Source: Gekko japonicus
Taxonomy: Eukaryota
Length of the DNA stretch: 64,000 bases
Assembly: GCF_001447785.1 (NCBI RefSeq)
Contig: NW_015167529.1
Coordinates: 2,051,129 to 2,115,128, forward strand
Direction: 5' to 3'
Shown here: piece after piece, positions 58,701-64,000 of the stretch
Position numbering within the stretch: position 1 is the first letter of the stretch
Layout: each line of letters opens with the position of its first letter
Translations under genes and position numbers: made by a program
Notes under the pieces: generated by a model
Database searches by the model: none
Seen by the model: only the letters and a program-made list of their open reading frames with translations
Told to the model about the DNA's origin: nothing

Positions 58701-61700
58701 GTAGTGGCCGCCGCCGGGCACAGGCTGCAGGGGAACCCGACGAGGCCGGGGCTTATTGCTGCAGAGAGACAGCCAGGGCTCGAGCCTGAGGCTGTTTTGG
58801 TGACACCGGGCAAGAAAACTACCTCGACTTGTCTTAGACCCCCAGCTAGTTTTTGTTTTACTATGCTAGAAATAAAAACAGAGCACTTCTCATAGAGATT
58901 GGTGGAGTGAGGAGAAGCCATTCTAGACATGCTCAGTCAGGCTCTTTCATGTCACCGATTCCAAATCTCTGCCAATGTTGCTGCAATTCAAACCTGGTAG
59001 CACCTTAAAGGCGAACACAACATTTAATTCCAGCATAAACTCTTGTAGATTTCGCATCTGAAGACCTGGGCTGTAATTCACCGTAATTTATGATGGGATA
59101 AAATGTTGTTGCCTTTAGAGTGTCAGTGAGCTTCTGTTTATTTTTGTAGTAAACTCTTTGGGATTTTTCTGCCGAGGTTTTGCTTCCCTCACTGCAAGTA
59201 CTGGATCTGTAGATGTGGCTTTATCCTGTCAGTTGCAGATTTCTGGCAAAGCACAGGCCAGTTCTTATGTATCTGGGCAATTCAGAAATTCACAAATGCA
59301 TGGCATACCTCACCTGTGATAGTAAGAGAATGAGTGCACAGTTCAAATTTAAAATGTTCTTTTTAATCAGGAAGAAAATGGCAGGAGGAGAATTCCTTGC
59401 CCTCTGGATTCAAAACAGTAAGCAAGTTTAATGTATTTATTATTTATTTGATCATTTTTAATCCCCCCAAAAGAGTTCAAGGCTGCTTACATCATGAAAA
59501 TAATACAAGAAACCTTAAAATATCACAAACCAGTGAAAAAGCACAATGCGATACTCATGTCATGCAAATTTCTTCAGCTGCCAACCAATTGACCCTTTTA
59601 AAAAGATCAGATGTACATGCCTTTTTAAAGGCAGCAAGGCAAGATGTACTTCTGACTTCTTCGGGCACTAGTTGTTAGAATGTCAGACTAGGAGTTGGGA
59701 GATCTAGGTTCAGATCTCTTCTCTGGCTGACTTTGGGCTAGTCAGAGATTCACAGTTTAGCCTGTTGTGAAGATAAAATGAAGGTGAAGAGAATGATGTA
59801 ACCCGTTTTGAGTCCGCATTGAGGAGAAAGGTAGGGTATGAATGAAGTCAATAAAATCAATACATTCCATATGGCTGGGAGTGACTGCAAGCCATGACTG
59901 AGTTGTAGAAATGGTAGTCTGTGGAAGATGGAATCACACGAAGGCTCAAAATACCTAGTTAAGTGCACATTCATACAAGGAGAGATTGTCTCTAAGGTAT
60001 ATAGGTCCCAGGTTAAGAAGGGAACCCATCGCAATATCTTAAAATTGGTGTTGCTCTGCCCAAAACATAAGTAGCTGGATTTTGTACCAACAAACTTTTC
60101 AATTTATCTTGCAAGTTTCCTTCAAAGGAATCTACTTGTTTGCTCTGATTCCTATAGAAGCTACAAGAGCAGTCATCAAAACCTATAGGGGAAGGGGCTG
60201 TGGCTCAGTGGTAGGGCATCTGCTTGGCATGCAGGAGGCCCCAAGTTCAGTCTCCAGCTAAAAAAAGAAATCAGAGCAGGTGGTATGAAAGACCTCAGCC
60301 TGAGGCTCTGGGGAGCTGCTGCCTTTTTGAGTAGTCAGTGCTGACCTTGATGGACAAATGATCCAATCCAGTATAAGGCACCTTCATGTGTTCAGTGGTC
60401 ACACCCTTCTTAAGGAACTCCCTTAAGGAAGGCTCAGCAGACTACTTTCTTCCCTTCCTTTCTGAGATGAGCAAATCCTGTTTTATAAAGAATCTTGTGT
60501 GCAGGGGGGGTGCTAATCTAGTTCTGTGGTCTTTTAATTTTTTTACTGTATCTTTATTGGTTTTTATTTGTTTAGCGGTTGTCTGGATTTTTATTTTACT
60601 TTCAGAGAGTTGGGGGGAGAAATGGTAGATATACTTTTTTAATTACACACGGTGGACAGAACATCTTGTTTAATTTCTGTTTCTGATCTTAGCACAGTAT
60701 ATGAAGATCAGCTACAAAAACATTTGAAAAAATGTAATTCAAGAGAGAAGCCAAAGCCTGTAAGTGTACTTGGGATTGTGGCTTGTAGGAACTGATGGGA
60801 GAGGTGCAGCCCCCAGGCCAGTCTGCCTTATGCAGTCATGTGCCTGCACAGCATCCAATTGGCTGTGTTCATTTGTTGTGTAGGCTGTGTATACAGTAAT
60901 AAATATATTATTTACAGAGAATTGGATGCCTTTAAAGCTGTGGGTATTGCATGATGCAGGGGGATACTCTCAGGGGGTGAAAGTACAGAAGTACCTAATA
61001 AGAAGCCTACAAAATAAAAAAGATGATGCTAGAAGAAAAGCACAAATGGGGTTGGGGACAAATCCATTTTGAAGATACAGGAATAAATTCTAAGCCTTTT
61101 TTAGTCAAACATTTAATCCCCATGAAAGATTAATTGGCTCTGAGCTGTGCATCTGTGGAGGGCTTTTTATTCTGGTTATAGAACAGGAAAACTCTTCACT
61201 TTCCCCTGTGCAGCAAAGTTTCTGAGCACTGCTAATATCAATTGGGCCATTGTGGTTGTCTTTATTTCAGTGAAGGCTTTTCTTCTCATTTAGCTATTTG
61301 CAGTGAGATTGGCTTATTGTTACACTGTTTGTGTCATAATTGGACTTTGACATATCTTTCCTGTGATTTTCTAAAGGTCTACTTTGCTAAAGATATTAAT
61401 GCGGGATCAAAAGAGGCTAACAAATTGCCTGAGGAAAAGGTGAATAATTGTGTTATGTACATGTGTCTTGCAAATGTTAATCAAGGAAGTAAAGAGTATC
61501 AGCTATAGTGTGCTCATGTAGAAGAATAGTATTTATTAAGGAGGGACCCCTCTTGCAGCCCTGTAGCTAGGGAATTCTTTGGGAGGGGGCCTTGGGGGGG
61601 CCCGCTAGCTAATTAAATGGAAGTACAGTGCAGGTGGTAAGTTGGAGCACTTTGGGGGCAGCCCTGGAGTGAGGGGGTCCATAAGAAACACAAGGGGGCC

Positions 61701-63769
61701 GGGCCCCGTGGGCCCCATGTTAGCTACGGGCCTGCCCTCTTGTGGGTGTTAACCATAACAGTTTCTTCAGTACTATCACCGTGCTTTTGCACAGGACGAC
61801 AGTCCAATAAGATACACAATTGTTTGAGCCTTCCGTTACCGAAGCATAGAAAGTTCCCATTTCTTTATGGTTGCACTTGGGCTCTTTCTTGAACAGATCC
61901 ATATACTTCTGAATGGTTTGAAACATAACCTTTGTACAAGTTGTACCCATGTTTCTGCTTCTGTTATTGTGTCTTCTTTCATCCCATGTCATCAGAGACT
62001 TGTACAGGTCTGAGGTACACTTACAGCCTGACCTTATGCATCCTTATTCATAAATAATTCCCACTAAGTCTTCTTGGACTTCTAGCCCAATCTTGTGCAT
62101 GTCTAAATGGAAGTGAATGTTCATGCAGTTAACACTTGTGATTTGGTGATAACATGAATTTATAAAACAGCAATAGGGACAATGAAACAGACTGCCTCAA
62201 AAATAGAAAATATGTGTGTGTCTGAGCTACATATTGGGGAATGTTTGTACACCATCTGTTGCTCATGTTGGTTTTTCACTGAAGGCAGAAATGTAGATCT
62301 GGGTGAAGTGTACAGTCTTTATTTATTTTTGGATTTATATCCCGCCCTTCCCAAAGGCTCAGGGCGGTTTACAAAGAGGCATAAATGCCAAGGTTAAAAC
62401 AATTTAAATATGTTGGGTTCGATTTTGCTTTCCTTCAAGTGACTTCAAGTCTAATAGAAAAGGATTGAGTATCATGCCTGGGGAGCGGAATGTGAATGGG
62501 TCTTCTCTTTCTGGTTACTGCATCAGGCCAAATTATCTGCTGCTTGTTTGAATTTTATTCTGCTTGGCCTATGCTGGTAGCTGTAATCTACAGGAAAGTT
62601 TCCTTTTTGTTATATAAAAAAAGTAGCCAAGAAGAAACTGTATGTCTTTCTGTGCCCTCTCCAGCAGGTTTCAATTTCTGCTCTCTCTAAAGAAGAGTTA
62701 GAGGACTTAATTAGAAAGCTGAAAAGAGCAAGTAATGGTAAATCTGCTTTATTTGTTACATTGGATTTATATGGAGCATCCAGCAAAGATCACATACTTA
62801 ACCTTTTGTACTAGTTAGAACAACTATTAACTAATAACAGCTGCTGTGAGGCAAAGCTCCCCTGGCCTCCCCTCAAGGGTTAATGTGAATAGTAACAGGC
62901 CTAGTTCATTCAGCATGTGTTACTAATTGGTGCCTTGGCCTATACAGTTCTTATAATTTTCAAGGCCGGAGATGAAGGTGGCGTGATTAGCTTCTCATAA
63001 GAACCTGTTGCCCATAAGATGGGGGAAGGAGAACCAGGGGTGATGAGGTAATCTTCTGGAGGCTTCTCCAGAGACTGTGTTCTGATTGGATGTTATTCTC
63101 ACCTGATGATGTTGCTGGGCCAAAAACCATAATTTAGCTAAGGCCTAAAAGAAGAGAGACTAGTTGAGTTCCTGATAGACTAAAGGCCTGAGCAATGATC
63201 TGCTTGAATTGCAATTGCTAGCAACGTAGAGAACACATGCGCTTTAGTCTTGACTTTGAAACTTACGGTTTGTGCCATCTAATGCACGTCCTAAAAGTGT
63301 TAGACAGTTGAGCTAGTTTCTTTATTTTCTTGCTGCATGGTTTTAGAGTAATGTGTTGGCTGCTTAATGAACTTTACCAATAGATTAAATTTGAAATAAA
63401 CTTTGTAAATCTTTTTTTAACATAAACAAAGGCCTAATTACTTACCCTGGGGACCCATGGGGTTCAAATTTGAGCTCCTTGACAGCTGCTTAAAAATTTT
63501 GTTAACCTGATTGAGTTCTCCATGATTTCTAACCCAGAGAATTCACCATTAAATTTATTCACTTAGATGGAAGTTCTTCTAATGTCACCTATTTATATGT
63601 GAGTCAGGATTGTGACTACTTCAGATAAAGCTCAAAGGAATAATTCAGAGTCTCTTCTTCAGGTATAAAGTCTGTTCTTAAAGACCAAATCTGTTCTCAT
63701 CAGGCCTTACAGGAAGCCTTAAGTGACCCCAGAAACGGAGATGCTGCTTTTAAACATTTGAAACAGCAG
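58566..63769 (+). CDS. TRMT13: tRNA:m(4)X 2'-O-methyltransferase TRM13 homolog, 5' part (exons 1-6; continues beyond the window)
   Basis: join(58566..58700,59371..59417,60693..60759,61377..61439,62668..62737,63663..63769). Contains the CCCH finger (RCAYFVERKRRFCKM...FCGEH), the CHHC finger (CPLDSKHTVYEDQLQKHLKKC), DINAG and KHLKQQ. Head-to-head with SASS6 as in other vertebrates. Confidence 0.95.
59371..59417 (+). CDS. TRMT13: TRMT13 exon 2
   Basis: atcag|EENGRRRIPCPLDSKH|gtaagc. Confidence 0.93.
60194..60394 (+). mobile_element. tRNA-derived SINE with CR1-like tail
   Basis: Head GGGGCTGTGGCTCAGTGGTAGGGCATCTGCTTGGCATGCA; tail GATGGAC...CAGTATAAGGCA..TTCATGTGTTC. Confidence 0.7.
60693..60759 (+). 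CDS. TRMT13: TRMT13 exon 3
   Basis: cttag|TVYEDQLQKHLKKCNSREKPKP|gtaagt. Confidence 0.94.
61377..61439 (+). CDS. TRMT13: TRMT13 exon 4
   Basis: taaag|VYFAKDINAGSKEANKLPEEK|gtgaat. Confidence 0.93.
61556..61734. mobile_element. hAT-type MITE
   Basis: TIR CAGCCCTGTAGCTA / TAGCTACGGGCCTG; 8-bp TSD CCCTCTTG; the same end motif recurs at 50571-50584. Confidence 0.85.
62668..62737 (+). CDS. TRMT13: TRMT13 exon 5 (NAGNAG acceptor)
   Basis: cagcag|VSISALSKEELEDLIRKLKRASNG|gtaaat. Confidence 0.92.
63663..63769 (+). CDS. TRMT13: TRMT13 exon 6
   Basis: ttcag|IKSVLKDQICSHQALQEALSDPRNGDAAFKHLKQQ|gtagag. Confidence 0.94.
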
Positions 63770-64000
63770 GTAGAGTATCACTTTTATCAGTAAACATTGT
63801 TTGTCATAGCATTTGTTAGTTTTCTATTAATTCACATTACCAATAATTTACCTGTACAGCGGTGGTTCCCATCCTGGGGGTGAGGACCTCTGGAGGGCAC
63901 AGCAAGGTGTCCATGGATCCATCTCTGCACTTAGGATTGTCATTTTGATCTTATTGTCATTATGTATTTACTCGGTTGATATACTAATAGTATAACTACT

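Noticed and set aside
60194-60260. Possible tRNA gene
   Set aside because: Degenerate T-arm and acceptor stem, continuing into a SINE body.

Overview
Vertebrate genomic DNA from a squamate reptile (Sauria SINEs are present; gecko is a guess from the repeat content). It holds the conserved MFSD14A(HIAT1)-SASS6-TRMT13 neighbourhood. MFSD14A is complete on + (12 coding exons, 1014-26492, 491 aa). SASS6 is complete on - (17 coding exons, 58462-38460, 649 aa, one GC-AG intron). The first six exons of TRMT13 are on +, head-to-head with SASS6 across only 103 bp. Between the convergent 3' ends of MFSD14A and SASS6 lies a terminally complete but inactivated ~6.45 kb DIRS1-type tyrosine-recombinase retrotransposon on - (29786-36240). 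It has inverted terminal repeats, an internal complementary region, gag, RT/RNase H, a Dam-like methyltransferase domain and YR remnants, plus three nested younger insertions. Introns contain RTE/BovB, L2 and CR1 fragments, Sauria, tRNA- and 5S-derived SINEs, hAT MITEs, Penelope-like fragments with degenerate hammerhead-ribozyme cores, an ORF1-only (HAL1-like) L1 derivative, and two local inverted duplications that look like templated insertions. I found no convincing wholly new protein-coding system; the most unusual signals are these mobile-element and rearrangement structures. All coordinates were read by eye and family names come from recalled consensus motifs, not searches.
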